NCBI GenBank assembly: GCA_964016885.1
Contig: OZ024743.1
Coordinates: 328,290,001 to 328,354,000, forward strand
DNA: 64,000 bases
Direction of reading: 5' to 3'
DNA from: Eledone cirrhosa
Taxonomy: Eukaryota
This document shows positions 63,444-64,000 of this stretch, in pieces. Positions within the stretch are counted from its first letter, which is position 1; each line of letters begins with the position of its first letter. The position numbers were made by a program, and so were the translations under genes. The notes under the pieces are model-generated. The model did not search any database, was not told where the DNA came from, and saw nothing but the letters and a program-made list of their open reading frames with translations.

Positions 63444-64000
63444 TTTCTTTTATTTGCCACTAGGGCATCAAAAGTGGGACAAGTACAAAGGGGGGAGTTT
63501 ACACAAAAAGGCGTCCTCAATAAGGAGGAGGCAATAACAAAATATAAAAATAAAATAAAATATAACAAAAAATAAAATTTATAACAAAATCCTCAATAGA
63601 GAGGAGGCGCCTTGGGGGGTCGCACACACCCCCGAAAAAAGTGTGCAACCCTTCTCCTCAGGAGCACAGAGAAGGGGTGCTCCCTTGGTCTTTCATCTTC
63701 CTCACCTATAGTCTGATGTTGAGTGAAGGCCCATTCACACGGGCCATTCTCGCCACTTTCACCCATCTTTCATAGAAACGGCTGGGGTGCAGCACCTCTC
63801 TCTCCATCCTGATCCTTCTTCCGAAATGATATCGGAAGAAACGGACCAGTTGTTGGCCAGAGAGAAAGGTGCCTGACCTCAGTCCTTTCAGACGCGTCCA
63901 CCATACAACCTCTTTCGCCATGGTTATTACGCACAGAAACACCGCCTCTGCTTCATCTTTGAAGGGGGGAGGCGGCTTGATCATTACAATAGACTCGGTG
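63444..64000 (-). mobile_element. 3' end of a second, near-identical Tx1 copy (runs off the window)
   Basis: Matches 57631-58187 at an offset of 5813 bp, with only about 5 substitutions seen by eye. Confidence 0.95.

Overview
Eukaryotic, AT-rich, microsatellite- and SINE-dense animal DNA. The repeat families look like those of a coleoid cephalopod such as Octopus (inference). Three spliced host genes can be rebuilt with phase-consistent GT-AG junctions: the last four coding exons of phosphorylase kinase gamma (PHKG, +, 2375-12667), a complete 5-exon RPL23A (-, 23603-31781, 201 aa) and the first three coding exons of a Rab34/Rab36-family GTPase (+, 50453-53594). The Rab gene is head-to-head with RPL23A, as human RAB34 is. 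RPL23A intron 3 holds a full-length but decayed piggyBac, and MITEs with the same termini lie elsewhere in the window, one of them nested in itself and amplified into a small satellite. RPL23A intron 2 holds a candidate C/D snoRNA. The most striking feature is at the right end: an intact, GC-rich Tx1-clade LINE (ORF1 plus APE-RT ORF2) and the 3' end of a near-identical second copy sit head-to-tail, separated and followed by complex (TAGA/TAGG)n microsatellite. This suggests a microsatellite-targeting or microsatellite-carrying retrotransposon. Most long ORFs in the supplied track are artefacts of tandem repeats. All calls were made by eye, with no database searches.
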